From NCBI GenBank assembly GCA_030265395.1, contig JARFYF010000050.1, positions 20,193,707 to 20,257,706 on the forward strand: DNA of 64,000 nucleotides. The letters run 5' to 3'. The translations under genes and the position numbers were made by a program. The notes beneath the pieces were generated by a model that ran no database searches, had not been told where the DNA came from, and saw only the letters and a list, made by a program, of their open reading frames with translations. Of the stretch, positions 50,260 through 63,126 are shown one piece after another (position 1 is the stretch's first letter; each line of letters begins with the position of its first letter). The stretch is from Rhina ancylostomus. Taxonomy: Eukaryota.

Positions 50260-50650
50260 CCTCTTAGGCAAAACAGCCACTTTGACTGGCATGTCATCAA
50301 TGCTGTTAAATGTTTGTTCCCTCTCCCACTGGTGCATCATCTGTTGCATGCACTACTGCAACATGCCAAGGCATCTGTGACCAAATCTTGCAAACTACAA
50401 CCTCAACAAACTAGAAGGGCAAGGTTAGCAGGAGCAGAGGTCACAAGTTCCCCTTTAATTTGCACATGATCCTCACTTTTAAATATACTGTCAACTCTTC
50501 ATGATTATTGAGCCAAAATCCTGAAGTTCCCCACCTAATAGTGCAGTGAATATATTTACACCACAACAGCCTCAGTGATTGAAGGAAATGGTTTACCATT
50601 ATCTTCCAAAGATGGGCAGCAGTGCCCACACCCCAGAAGTGAACAAAAAA
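50260..50650 (+). mobile_element. CR1-clade LINE 3' end (same family as 3845-4500)
   Basis: caaaacagcc, atgcactactgcaac, ctagaagggcaagg, gagccaaaatcctgaag and gtgcccacacccc motifs, collinear with the 3.8-4.5 kb copy. Confidence 0.65.
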
Positions 50651-50785
50651 CACATGCACAAGATAATATCATGGAATAACAGGCAGATTAAGAAGTAAAG
50701 GGCAGTGGCAGTGATCTTTGATGGAAGTGCACTCAGCAGGAAGGCGTCAAACTGAGAGTCTGTAGTTCTAATTGGGCAGTGAGTT

Positions 50786-50880
50786 ACATAGAATATAGAA
50801 CACTACAGCACAGTACAGGACCTTTGGCCCACAATGTTGTGCTGACATTTTATCCTGCTCTAAGATCTATCTAACCCTTC
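50786..50880 (-). mobile_element. CR1 LINE 3' tail running into a gap
   Basis: catagaatatagaacactacagcacagtacaggacctttggcccacaatgttgtgc. Confidence 0.8.
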
Positions 50881-51711
50881 NNNNNNNNNNNNNNNNNNNN
50901 NNNNNNNNNNNNNNNNNNNNNNNNNNNNNNNNNNNNNNNNNNNNNNNNNNNNNNNNNNNNNNNNNNNNNNNNNNNNNNNNNNNNNNNNNNNNNNNNNNNN
51001 NNNNNNNNNNNNNNNNNNNNNNNNNNNNNNNNNNNNNNNNNNNNNNNNNNNNNNNNNNNNNNNNNNNNNNNNNNNNNNNNNNNNNNNNNNNNNNNNNNNN
51101 NNNNNNNNNNNNNNNNNNNNNNNNNNNNNNNNNNNNNNNNNNNNNNNNNNNNNNNNNNNNNNNNNNNNNNNNNNNNNNNNNNNNNNNNNNNNNNNNNNNN
51201 NNNNNNNNNNNNNNNNNNNNNNNNNNNNNNNNNNNNNNNNNNNNNNNNNNNNNNNNNNNNNNNNNNNNNNNNNNNNNNNNNNNNNNNNNNNNNNNNNNNN
51301 NNNNNNNNNNNNNNNNNNNNNNNNNNNNNNNNNNNNNNNNNNNNNNNNNNNNNNNNNNNNNNNNNNNNNNNNNNNNNNNNNNNNNNNNNNNNNNNNNNNN
51401 NNNNNNNNNNNNNNNNNNNNNNNNNNNNNNNNNNNNNNNNNNNNNNNNNNNNNNNNNNNNNNNNNNNNNNNNNNNNNNNNNNNNNNNNNNNNNNNNNNNN
51501 NNNNNNNNNNNNNNNNNNNNNNNNNNNNNNNNNNNNNNNNNNNNNNNNNNNNNNNNNNNNNNNNNNNNNNNNNNNNNNNNNNNNNNNNNNNNNNNNNNNN
51601 NNNNNNNNNNNNNNNNNNNNNNNNNNNNNNNNNNNNNNNNNNNNNNNNNNNNNNNNNNNNNNNNNNNNNNNNNNNNNNNNNNNNNNNNNNNNNNNNNNNN
51701 NNNNNNNNNNN
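50881..51711. other. Assembly gap
   Basis: Run of N. Confidence 0.99.
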
Positions 51712-51721
51712 CATGCCATGT

Positions 51722-51722
<1 letters not shown>

Positions 51723-51762
<40 letters not shown>
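51723..51762. repeat. (CA)n microsatellite
   Basis: Visible directly in the sequence. Confidence 0.95.
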
Positions 51763-51765
<3 letters not shown>

Positions 51766-52829
51766 CCAACATAGTCACAGAACACGGTTCCCTCAATAAA
51801 TATTGCACTGTCATTCAGTGCAACTACCTACTGTTTCCACGATGTCCTATTATTAGACCTGCTAGCTTTTATTTTTAATGTTATTCTGCTCTCTTTGGCT
51901 TTACAGTCACTCAGGTGGAGATGAAGGAACAATCTTTCAAATCTGTACCATTATTCAGTGACATCTTCCAACCATGAACATGGGTGTACACAGTCAGCAT
52001 GAACAGTGGGCTGAAGGAACTATTTCCAATCCATGTAAAATTCTATGACACCGCCACATATGGCACCGATATTGAGTTAAAAGGGTCTGCACAGGGGAAT
52101 TCATTCAGCACCAGTAAGCTGAGCTGACGTTAGAGGGAAAAAAGCAGTCCATGAAATATGTCATCGTCAGGCCCTGGTCGGGCAGGAATGCAGCCTCCAA
52201 AACCAAAATATTTTCTGCACAGTGGCAATTGCTCAAAGTATTGGACAACCTACCAGGGAGGAAGATATGGATCAGAGAAGACCATTTATGTCCTCAACTT
52301 TATTCTGCCATTTTGCTTCAGGTTCAGGGCTAAACAATGGAACAGATTGTCAGATAGTTTAGCCAATAAAGATGGGTGAATAAGGAGTCACAGACCAAGT
52401 GTGCAAGCCTGCTGGTTTAACTACTAGCTCTCAGTTATTATGCAGAGTGGGAATGAGGGAGATGGCAAGGATGGTGATGTAAGATTCAAAGGATTTGAAT
52501 TAGACTGCTTTAGTACAATATAATTTCACATAAATGAAATTATAAACTGAAAGTAAAGATATTTTATCATCCTTTTTTCCAGTGCTTTGATTCATTGACT
52601 CACTTTTCCTACCAGGGTGTTCATGAATTTTAGTCTCCTTTTATACTCAAGTTCTGAATACCCACAGGGTGCCAGAGAATAAATTGGACATTGAACTGGT
52701 CAAAATTAAGCACAATATTTGAAGAAGGGAATGTCTAGCACTTCTTTACTTTGACTGTGATGTATGTATAAAAATTAGATCAATTCAAGATTATAATTTC
52801 ATTCTGCTTTCCAGAAAAGGGGTGAGTTT

Positions 52830-53375
52830 GAGCACAGAGAGAAATGTAAAAAGCAAACATCATAGTTGTTACTGAAGTTAATTTTGATCATGTTTTTGAA
52901 TGTGGGCAGTGATGTGAGAAGGTTTCAGGTGAGGATTCTAGATGGTACGTTAGTTGAAACCTGTGCACTGATAGAGGCCCAAAGTACAGAATTAGGTCAG
53001 GGAAGGAGGAGTTAAAAGGTACATTCTAGGATGTAGGGACAAATTAGATTGCAGAATGGAATGAAACAATGAAGAATCTCAAAACATGAGTGACAATTTC
53101 CAAGTTGATGTATTAGAACATGGGCACTCAATGGGGATCAGCAATGCTGAGATATTAGGTGCACAAGATCTGGTGTGGGTGGGATGTGGAAAGCAGAGTT
53201 CTGGATGAGTTGAGATTCTGGAGGATTTAGGATGTGACAGCAGAGGATTTAGCAAGATATGGAGGAAACAACAGATGGCTACTGACTTGCTGATGTTGAA
53301 GAGGTGATGTCCAAGTAGTAATGCAGAGTCATGAGTTAAGTGAACTTCTGAAGGATTCAGGACCTTTATCATTTG
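52830..53375 (-). mobile_element. L2 LINE 3' region, degenerate
   Basis: Purine-rich antisense L2 motifs gcagagttctggatgagttgag and ctgatgttgaagaggtga. Confidence 0.55.
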
Positions 53376-56300
53376 AAGGAAACAAAATTAACCTTCTTTC
53401 ATAAGGTGCTACATTGTGGCTCATTTTGAGTTAAATCTTCTTTATAGAAAAACAGAAGTCAACAATATTTTTAAATTGTTTGACTCTAATATTAAAATAG
53501 CAGACTGTGTAATACTATTGAATATTTATGCTTTCATTATAACATTGCACTGAATTTCTGCTGACATGTTTACCAGAAATTTGCATGGAGTTTCCTTGAT
53601 AGGCTGTGGTAATTTTGTCAGTCTCTGATATCTTCCAACAAAGTGGAGATATGTTATTTATTTCTTGGGTATATTGATTCTGGGAAATGGAAAGTCTAGT
53701 TGCAATTGTTCTCAGTTTTCCAGGAGAATTTCAATCTTCTCACATTAAGACATGTGCTATGAAATAAGAACAAAGTATCCCTGGTTTAGATATCACCCAG
53801 GATTTGATTTTGAAAATTTAAGAATAAAGCAAGTCCGATATGGTTGATTCTTTTCAACAGGTCAAGATCCAAGAAATCTTTCAATGATAAGTAAACATAT
53901 ACATTTTTTGAAGAAACAGGAAAAGGCCATTTAATGCAAAATAAGGTCTGAAAGTAGACTAGCATTTTGCTAACTCTGACAAACAATAGGGGTCAACCCA
54001 AAGCCCTTGAATTCATGATGAAGCATGACATCATTACATGCAGCAATGCTGGGCTCATGAATCATATTCCTCATGTTGGCAGCTGATATGATAGTAATTA
54101 AGTATTGCTCGTCTGTTCCCAGTAATACTGCCTGCACTCTAGCTCTCTATTGTGGAAACTCTAGCTTCCTCTGAATTGCAGGCTATCCCAAATAATAAAT
54201 TTATGCCCGTGCTCACAAGTATAATAATGGAGATAGGTGTTCTTTCATAACATAGCCATAATGAACAAGGCACATCCAGGAGAATCAGATGCACAGCAGA
54301 AAGCAAGTGCAACTACAGTCATTGAATGCAAGGAGTTAGCACTTGGGCTCAACCTGGAGAATCTTACCAGCACATTTAACACTGCATTAAAGCAATGAAT
54401 CTTCTGAACTCTTCCCTCCGCCTGTCAGTCCAAATGGGTTTAATCTTGTTAAAACTCTGTGAAACTACATTAGCATGCTGATTAATTGCCTTATACATGA
54501 GGATAGTACTATATTAATAAAAAAACATAGACTCAGGTAGAAATGAGCAGGGAGTGAATATGCACATAGAGCTTTAATTTATTCGGTGCAAATCATGTGC
54601 CCTGTTCACCTTTGAGTGCCATTTAAAATTAATGTGTGTGATTGAGACTGCATCGCACTGAATTTGGCATCATTCTTAAACACTAATACTAAACTAATAT
54701 TTCACGTTACAGATCCTAGTCAGTTGCACTCTCATTATTTAATACATATCATTGGCAGCTGAAGCATTATTTAATGTCTGAAGTAATTTTACCCTTCTAT
54801 CCTCCAAAAACAAGTAGAATAATATAATAAAATTAATAACTCATATAAACTGAAGCGTGTTCTATGATTGATCCTGGGCACAATGCATATTAACTTACAT
54901 ACCGGGCAAAATGAATTCACTCTATGGGACAACAGGGATTACCTGGAGGAGGAGTGAAGCAGATAACTAAATTTTTTACACCAAATGAAGGGGTAAAGAG
55001 AAAGAAAGCTAACACATTTTTATTCAAGGAAAGGGAAAAATGCTTGGAGTGTGTGTCAGGTTAGGTTGTAGATCTGTATTCAAAGGAAGTTCTGGCTGAC
55101 TGGTCACCTTGTGTTAGACGCTGTTAATGCCCAAGCTCCCGTCACATAAGACGGGACCCTTTGCTCTGGGAGTACCAATTCTACCATTCTGCTGGTACTC
55201 AATTCATTGGAATGATTGAGAGATTCTCTTCATGAAAGAAGATTGGGACATTTATTTCACTAAAATAAAGATCCAAAAGAGGTTTTATAAGTGTAAATGT
55301 TTTGAGATGATAAATAGAGAAACACTAGGTCAGATCACGCTGGTCTCATGCTTTTTAGGAATCACCACCTGCTGTCTCTCCTCCCCCATACTTACCTGCT
55401 CTGACTGCAGTTGACGAATCTCACTGGCCTGAAGCATCCAGGACCACAAAGCATGGTGCAGCAGCTGCAGCACCATGGGAAGTGCAGTGAGAAATCCCCA
55501 ACCTCAAATCACTGCCTTTGGCCTTGGACAGCCAGCAAAACCCTGTCAAGCACAGTTGGCAGTAAAAGCTGTAGAGTGTTAATATTTTAAAATGTCTCTG
55601 ACATTCCAAAATATTCTAAAAATCTGTAAAGGTTGAAGTAAATAATTAAAAGTATTAAAAGTAAATAATTACTAAAAACAGCTAACTAAGAACACATAAA
55701 TGATTAAAACAATAAATCAATGCAAAATAATTGAAAAGGTAATTTACCTTGCTCTTTTTTTCCTCAGCCAAATCTGCACCACACTATTTTATAGGGAGCA
55801 AGGCTGGGGGTCTTATGTCATTGGATGCCTCCAGGTCATGAAAGATACTGGAGAAATTAAACTTCAGTTCTTTGGTCAGTGATATAATTCTTGCTGATCA
55901 GCAGTTTCATCCTGACAATGGTATGCTCATTGTTTGAGAAGATTACATTGAGTGAAGTAATGTATCACATGGCATATGTTTAAAATAATTGCATACTTCA
56001 TTGAATCTGAATGATGGAAGCTTCAATACATTCACTTGAAAGTTTGGAACAAGATGCTTTTCCTTGGTTTCCTAAAATTTCTTATTCTGTGTAATTCGTA
56101 TTCAGATTATTTAGTTTAATATTGTACAGTGGACTGCAGTATTTGCCCAAGCTGTAAATATTGATTAATTTGTTCTTTTCCATGCTTTTTCAAAAAAAAT
56201 ATTTCAACAAAATAAGTCCACAGCAGAAAATTTTTTGTTGGAAATATGATGTTACAGATTGTTGGCAACCATTTTACATTCTAATCTGCCAGACTTTATT

Positions 56301-56765
56301 TTGGGAATGGATACTGTGTCTTTGTAATCACATTGAAATGAAACAACAAGAGAGAGCCTGGGAGAAAGGTCTAAAACTAACAGGAGTGTAGATGGACTCA
56401 GGTGTAAGTTGACTAAATGGAATAAAGTCATTTTGAATGCAGGGCGATCCACCGTGACTCTGCTGGACTGATCAATAACTGTTATTGCTGTTCATTAATC
56501 AGCTACAGTATTTTACAGCTCTGTTAGCTATCTGTGGTGGAAGGAGGCATTAAGTTGTGTGTATTTATCAGAAATACATGCAATCTGTGAATGAAATTCA
56601 AACCATTTTATATCTGTCAACATAGCAAGTAGATTTTGAAATAAAGCACTGTTCCCGTTCCAGAANNNNNNNNNNNNNNNNNNNNNNNNNNNNNNNNNNN
56701 NNNNNNNNNNNNNNNNNNNNNNNNNNNNNNNNNNNNNNNNNNNNNNNNNNNNNNNNNNNNNNNNN

Positions 56766-56845
56766 GAAGTTGGCTCAGCACCACCTTCTCAAGGGCAAGG
56801 ATGGGCAATAAACTCTCATCTTGCTAGTGATGCCCACCCCAAATT
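56766..56845 (+). mobile_element. CR1-clade LINE/SINE 3' tail
   Basis: ggctcagcaccaccttctcaagggcaaggatgggcaataaa...gatgcccac. Confidence 0.7.
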
Positions 56846-58429
56846 CTGCCTGGGGTACAACAAATTAGATGCCTATTTCATTCCAAAACAAAATCAATTT
56901 CAGCCAATGGAATGCCTTGGAACTTTTGAAAAATTAGAGTTACAGAATTGTGCTCTGCAACATCCACTGTCTGATCACAGGTTTTTCTAGTATATGATGT
57001 GCAATTCCTGCAAGCACATTTTTATTGTGTCTTACATCAAACACCATGTTGATAAGGGCCATATTAGTATTGTGCTTCTGGGAGTGTGGGCAGTAGGCAA
57101 ATCATGATATCAATAAAATGTTGATTTGCCCAATCAAATTTCAACTATGTAGCCAATGCCAAATGTTCAACACATGGGTAAAACCAGCATTTAGCAACAG
57201 GATATCACCATCCCGTCACTATCACATTTGAAGGGCTTATTAATTACTTTCAGGTTTGATGGTGAATAATTTGAATAAGAGTTGGTTGTAAGTGAATGCT
57301 GTTAGATTTCTGGAAGTGTTTCAAAATCTACAGAGAATGGTGCCGTGACCTCCAAACTTGTTAAGTCTCCAAGTCTTCCAGTCTCCATATGTTGACAGAT
57401 ATTGGGACATCAGAAGCTGTTCTTCTCCACCTTGGGCAGGAAATTGAGGAGACAATACACAGAGTAGGGCTGCCCATTACATGTGAGAAGAGATGGAAGG
57501 AGAGAATTCAACACGAAGAAGGGGAGAAGGTAGAGGAAGGAGGCAAATTTGTGAAAATGTTTCTATTCAAGCAATTAACCCAACTCTAATTTCAAATTCA
57601 AAATACAATTCCTCATTCTGCTATATTTCCCATTTAACCTTGTAATGTTGTCCTTTGTCTGAGCATCCTTTTGACCACAATATAAAAAGAAACACACAAA
57701 GTCAATATTCCAGACCATAATCACACATCCAATCAAGGAGAAAATTCATACAAACAGCGATCAATCACTCTTCTGCATCCCCTTAGTGCCTATTTACCCA
57801 TCCCAGTGATTCTATACTATGTAACCACCAGTGGTTAACACGTGCCTCATGGAAGATTTCTCATTTGGAATTGATGAGGCTGCAGATGAACTTGCAGGGT
57901 GACATTAGGCCGAGAAGGCCAAGAGTGGTAGCAGTTTGGGCTGGCTGCCTGATGGCCAACTGCATGGGCACTGGTGGAACAGCAGGACTTGGATCAAAAA
58001 CGCTCTCAGACAAAGAGAAGGCAGAAGATTCCTTCTCCAAAAGGTCAGTGCCTAAGAAACAGTCGCTGGGTTGCTGTGATGTCCTCAAATCCCATTTGAA
58101 CAATAGTACCTGGAGCCAAGAGGCCAGATCTCAGAGCTTGCATCTAGTGCTCAGTGGTTTGAAGTCAGGTGGCTTCGGCTTGTATTGCAATGGAAACTGA
58201 GATATGAGCCACGGGTGGTGGTATGATGTTTGGGTATGGAGCTGGGCACCACTTCCATTATAGAAAGGGTAGATCCCAAGCTCATCACTGAACCCCACAC
58301 ACTGACATATGCTTAACTGTCACTTGCTCTTTTGACATTGTATACAGGCTTTCTGGCAAGCCTCCTAAACATTTCGTCATCTTCTTTACCTGTCCCAGTC
58401 ATCCTATGTTATATGACACCAGTGACTAA

Positions 58430-58872
58430 CATGTGGCTCACACCTAACTTCCTGTATTCCTCGATACTCCCTAGGACCTTACCATGCATGGTGTTTGTCC
58501 TAGGCTTGTTAGTCCTCCTAAAATGCATCTCCTCATATTTATCAGGATGAAGCTCCATCTGCCATTTCTCAGCCCATTTCACCAACACATCACAATCACC
58601 CTGTAGCCTAAGTCTACCCCCCCATACTGTCAACAACTCCACCAGTCTTCATATCATCTGCGAACTTACTGATCACATCATCTACATCCATATCCAAACC
58701 CAAATCATTCACTTATATTACAACCAGCAAGGGTCCCAGCACCAATTCCTGTGGAACACCATGAGCCCTAGGCAGCCAATCACACAAAACAACTCTCTAC
58801 CATCAGTCCATGTCTCCTGTTACCAAGACAGATTTGGATCCAATTTGCCAACTTTCCCTGGATCCCATGGGT
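58430..58872 (-). mobile_element. CR1 LINE RT fragment
   Basis: LQGDCDVLVKWAEKWQMELHPDKYEEMHF; upstream antisense GVPQ..VLGPLL and KFADD motifs. Confidence 0.9.
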
Positions 58873-59724
58873 GTTTTCATCAGCACCCATAATGTTTCTC
58901 TGCCTTGAAAGGTGCAGCCCGGTCTCAATCAGAACAAGTTTAAGCTGGTGTTAGTCACTTGCAAATTGGGCCCTGCTGCAAGGCCAGAAACAGTAGGGTT
59001 GGCACTACTTAATCACTGAAATTGAATTAATGAATTTTCAGCACAGATTTTAAGCATACTCTGCCCAGGGTCATACAAACACAAATTAATTGCACATCAT
59101 GATCCCAGAATTGATTTTTCAGCACTACTCAATTTTGTCCTCAATATATTGAGACCTGCTTTTAATCATAATTTCCTTCTGTTGGCATAGCATCCATAGT
59201 AGTCTCAGAATTTTTTCACCATCCGTTATTCCAGTTCAACCAGGAACTCTTACTGACTTTACAATGAGGTGACTGATTTTTCTACTTTCAATCTTCCTCA
59301 GGCAGTGGGACATTTTACGTTTATGTGACTGCAGATTATTTGGATGCTGTTGGCCATGTAAGCAGGAATTTTGAACTGTTAAAATTTTCTGTTGCGACAT
59401 GTGTGAGCTCTGCACATGGAGGCAGATTTTACAATGTTTGGTTATACCACTGTCGGTTATGTTTAGTACACATTTTGTTCTGAGATTTGCCAGTCATTGT
59501 GCCAGTAACATGAATACTCCCAGAACTGATTTTACATTTTGCTATATGCAAGCAACAGTTAAAAGGCTAGCGTGATCCAAGTAACAGTGGATGTGGTAGA
59601 CTCACATTGGCATTGCCCAGTATTAATCAGTGACCACGTTTGAAACTGATCCAGGAAAGTCAGAATATTTCCCAAAAGCAGTCATAAAGTATTTTCAACT
59701 TTACAATGACTTGAAGACTGGGTA

Positions 59725-59962
59725 GGGAACCTGAGGATCAAGTTTTTCCACACAGAGGGTGGTCGGTATAAGGAACTAGCTGCAGGAGGAAGTGGTAGAG
59801 GCATGTAGAATTACAATGTTTAAAGACATTTAGACAGGAACATGGTTAGGAAAGGTCTGGAGGGATATGGACCAAATGGGATGAGCTCAGGTCAGCCACG
59901 TGGTTGGCATAGATGAGGTGGGCTGAACAGCCTGTTTTCATGCTGTATAACTCTATGACTCT
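59725..59962 (+). mobile_element. CR1 LINE 3' end
   Basis: gaacctgagg...cacacagagggtggt...gaagtggtagaggc...gggctgaacagcctgtt...ctctatgactcta. Confidence 0.9.
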
Positions 59963-60704
59963 AAATAGTTTTCACCTGCAGGAAACCAATGTTCTGTAGA
60001 GTCCTTCTGTAGCTCTTTGTGTTAGGATTAGAGGTATGTTGGGATGTTTATTATGCAGTGAGACTATTATGTCAGAGGGTCTCAAAGTGCATGGAAATTA
60101 TATTAGTAACATATAATGTGATAGGCAGTTTTTCAGTGATAGATGTCATATGAATGATGCTCAAATTTCTGCATTATTATAGACAAGGAAAGTACATATG
60201 ACATTCTTTCCATTGAATCTCTTCTCTGTTCTATTTAATACAACCTATCTGTACCACAATTACTATTATAGTGTTGAATATCAACATAATGGCTGAAATT
60301 CTCCATATCACTGCAGCTGTCCATAACTGTACAATTACAGGAATAATACTGATGGATGACTGCAACCAAATGTTAAATGTTTTTTCTGGATTGTAGAAAA
60401 TATTACATTTGTAAACTATTCATTCAACTGCAGTATGTTCACATTTTGCAAACTGTCTTATAAACAGTAAATATTTTATTTCCTGATACCAATTGTTGGT
60501 TTCAAATGTTTTGAGAGGTTGAAAAGCAAAAGTAGGGTTGTTTCATGCCACAGAAAAAAGACATATACTTTTTTAAAAAGTATACTTTATCAATAGTAAG
60601 AGGACTCCCATGCAATGCAAAATTGATTTTACCTAGAGGGAATCATATTTACATTTTTCTTTGAATAAAATTTCAATCATTGCAAAACTGGACAGGGCAC
60701 TTGC

Positions 60705-61215
60705 CATTGAATCATACAGCAGAGAACACCTCTCATCGGCCCTTTATATCCATGGTGACCATCAGGTACCAATCTACATTATTCCTAGTTGGTCCTTAGC
60801 AATCCAAATGCTCATCTTATTTCTTCTGAAGTGTTGTGAGTGAACCTGCCTCCACTCAGCCAGTGCGTTCCAGGTTCTAAAACCTTGCTAGGTGAAAAAG
60901 TTCTTCCTCTGATCCCCTCTAAAGTTCTTACTCCTTACCATAAACCTACGCCTTCTGGGTTACACACACCTCTGCACTGGGGAGAAAAGTTTCCTATTAT
61001 CTACACTGTCTAAGCCCCTCATAATTTTTTATATCTCTATCAGGTACTTCTGCACTCCAAGGAAAATAAATCCACCCATCCTCTCTTCTCATACCTTAAT
61101 GCTCCATTCAGGCAACGTCCTGGTAAATCTCTTCTATACCCTTTTCAATGCAGTCACATTGTGGCAATCAGAAATGCACACAATACTCCAAATGCAGCCT
61201 AACCAAAGTTTTGCA
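60705..61215 (-). mobile_element. CR1 LINE 3' end
   Basis: gaacctgcctccac, gtgaaaaagttcttcct, aagcccctcataatttt, tgcacacaatactccaa. Confidence 0.85.
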
Positions 61216-61369
61216 AAGGGATCCATGCCAACATCACTGACTTCTATGCAGTGTTAGAGATGCATGCTGCAACATGACATCATCAGGACCCGACTTTCAT
61301 TTTCCATCAACTGAAATTGCACTTTCCACATCAGGAGTACAACTGTTGCATGACAGATACCAAAAGCAA

Positions 61370-62662
61370 AGAGTAAAACCCATGGCGATTGAGAGTCAGC
61401 TATGTTGGTGGGTCTGGAGTCACATACGTGGTCATTGCTGGATATGCCAGCATATCGTGTCCTTATTGTCCTTTCCGGTGTTGACATCTTCCACAGCAGC
61501 ACCTCTGAGATCTCCTCCTTTTTCCTCAACTGTGCTTTCATCTCCCTTGCTTCTACTCGTCCTCCTTCCCCTCCCACCAAGTGAAGACAGGGTCCCCTGG
61601 TGCTCACCCTCCACCCTACCAGCTTCCTCATTTGATGGATCATCCCTCACTTTATCCTCCACCTTCAAAGTTCCTCCACGTTCACCACCAGACACATCTC
61701 CCCGTCCCCTCTCCTTTCAGTACTCTAAAGGGACTGTTCCCTCCCCAGCCCTCTGGTTCATTCTTCCATCTCCACCGACAACCACTCCACCTCTCACAGC
61801 ACCTTCCCACACAACTGCAGGAGATGCAAGACCTGCCTTGTTACCTAAGCCCTTTGCATCATCTAAGAACACAAACAGTCCTTCTAGGAGATCAGTGATT
61901 CATTTGTACTTCCACATTGCTAATAGATGGTGCTCACATTATGACTGACGTCGGAAAAAAACAAGTGCAGATTGGGTGACTACTTTCAGAACGCCTCTGC
62001 ATAGTCCACAAGTGTGAGCCAGTGCTTCTGGTTGCCCATCACTTTCATTCTCCATCACATTCCCACTCTGACCTCGGTCTCCTTATGCTGTTCAAATGAA
62101 GCCTGATGTAAGCTCAAGGAAGAGTATCTCATCCTCCAACCTAACACACTGGGGCCCTCAGGAGTTAACAATGCATTCACCAGATATCCAGCCATTCTGT
62201 TTGGTACCAGAACTGCACAGTTCTTGATGAAAGTCATCAAGCTCAAATGTTCTTTCTGATTCTCTCTCCACAGAGGCTGCCTGACCTAATGAGTATTGTA
62301 AGTATTCCCTATTCTCAGTTTGGATGGCGTTTTTCTTCTCTGCCACATGTCCAGCATTGCTTTTCTCTCTTGTCTTTTTTACCCCTCCCCTCCTTGATTT
62401 TCATTTTCTGCCCTCTGTTTACAAACTGATCAGCAAACCTTCGCTGCCCCATCTCAGCTGGCACCACCAGCACTACCTGCTCTCTCCTGATCGCCATCCT
62501 GTCACAGGCTCTCTTCATCTCTCCCCCTTCTCTGCAACTTAAACCATGTTTAAGTTCAAAGTTTTCCCAGTTTTATGGAAGGCTGTCAAATGGAATTGCT
62601 AACTTTCTCTCTCCACAGATGCTGCCTGACCTGCTGAATATTTCCAGAACTTCTCTTTTCAT
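61370..62662 (+). mobile_element. Penelope-like retroelement, degenerate RT-linker/GIY-YIG region with two terminal motifs
   Basis: Peptide remnants DRVP.VLTLHPT, NCRRCKTC, KCRLGDYF, LVAHHFHSPSHSHSDL and NEA*CKLKEEYLI. The terminal motif ctctctccacaga.gctgcctgacct occurs twice (~62260 and ~62605). Confidence 0.88.
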
Positions 62663-62705
62663 TTAAAGGAATTGGCAGTCGGTTTCATGGGGATTCTTTA
62701 CATAC

Positions 62706-62819
62706 TTTCCCATTTTGTATTCCTCCTGCTTGTAGCCAATATGCTTCACCAGTCTCTCAACTCCCTCTGAAGCTGGTCCATGCCAGTTTGGCCAAGTGTC
62801 TGGGCACAATAATTTATAC
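62706..62819 (-). CDS. MYO1H: Internal coding exon of unconventional myosin-I (motor domain, C-terminal part); best match MYO1H
   Basis: Acceptor ttcttgtcctgcag|G and donor AA|gtatgt bound a 114-nt phase 2-2 exon with an open frame: (R)[37 protein letters not shown](K). This matches the recalled myosin-I segment [39 protein letters not shown] (MYO1H) better than MYO1C ([25 protein letters not shown]). Confidence 0.9.
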
Positions 62820-63126
62820 CTGCAGGACAAGAACATCAATGTTTGAATGTGCAACGCTCCATAATCCACACAGCTTGTAAATGAAACGTATCCTGAATTT
62901 TTCTAACCTGCCATTTGCATTTCCCCTCTCTCTGCCACTGGCATGTAGACAGCTGGTTTACAAATTCAAACCATCAGGAAAAGGGATTAAGAACAAGGAA
63001 TTCTCATTGAGCCCATCACCTCTGAAGCTTGCCTTTCAGGATAATTTGACACAATGGCACCTCAGAGGCACTGCCCAGTTATCCAAGGAATGCAGTTCTC
63101 CATCTGTCTCAGGAGATGTTAGTTGC

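Noticed and set aside
47083-51814. Long ORFs of ~300 aa in the ORF track
   Set aside because: They are artefacts of translating through N runs.
57865-58200. 111-aa plus-strand ORF
   Set aside because: Non-ATG start, no recognisable domain, no convincing splice context.
61274-61948. 224-aa Pro/Ser-rich ORF
   Set aside because: Mostly an off-frame reading of the degenerate Penelope element.
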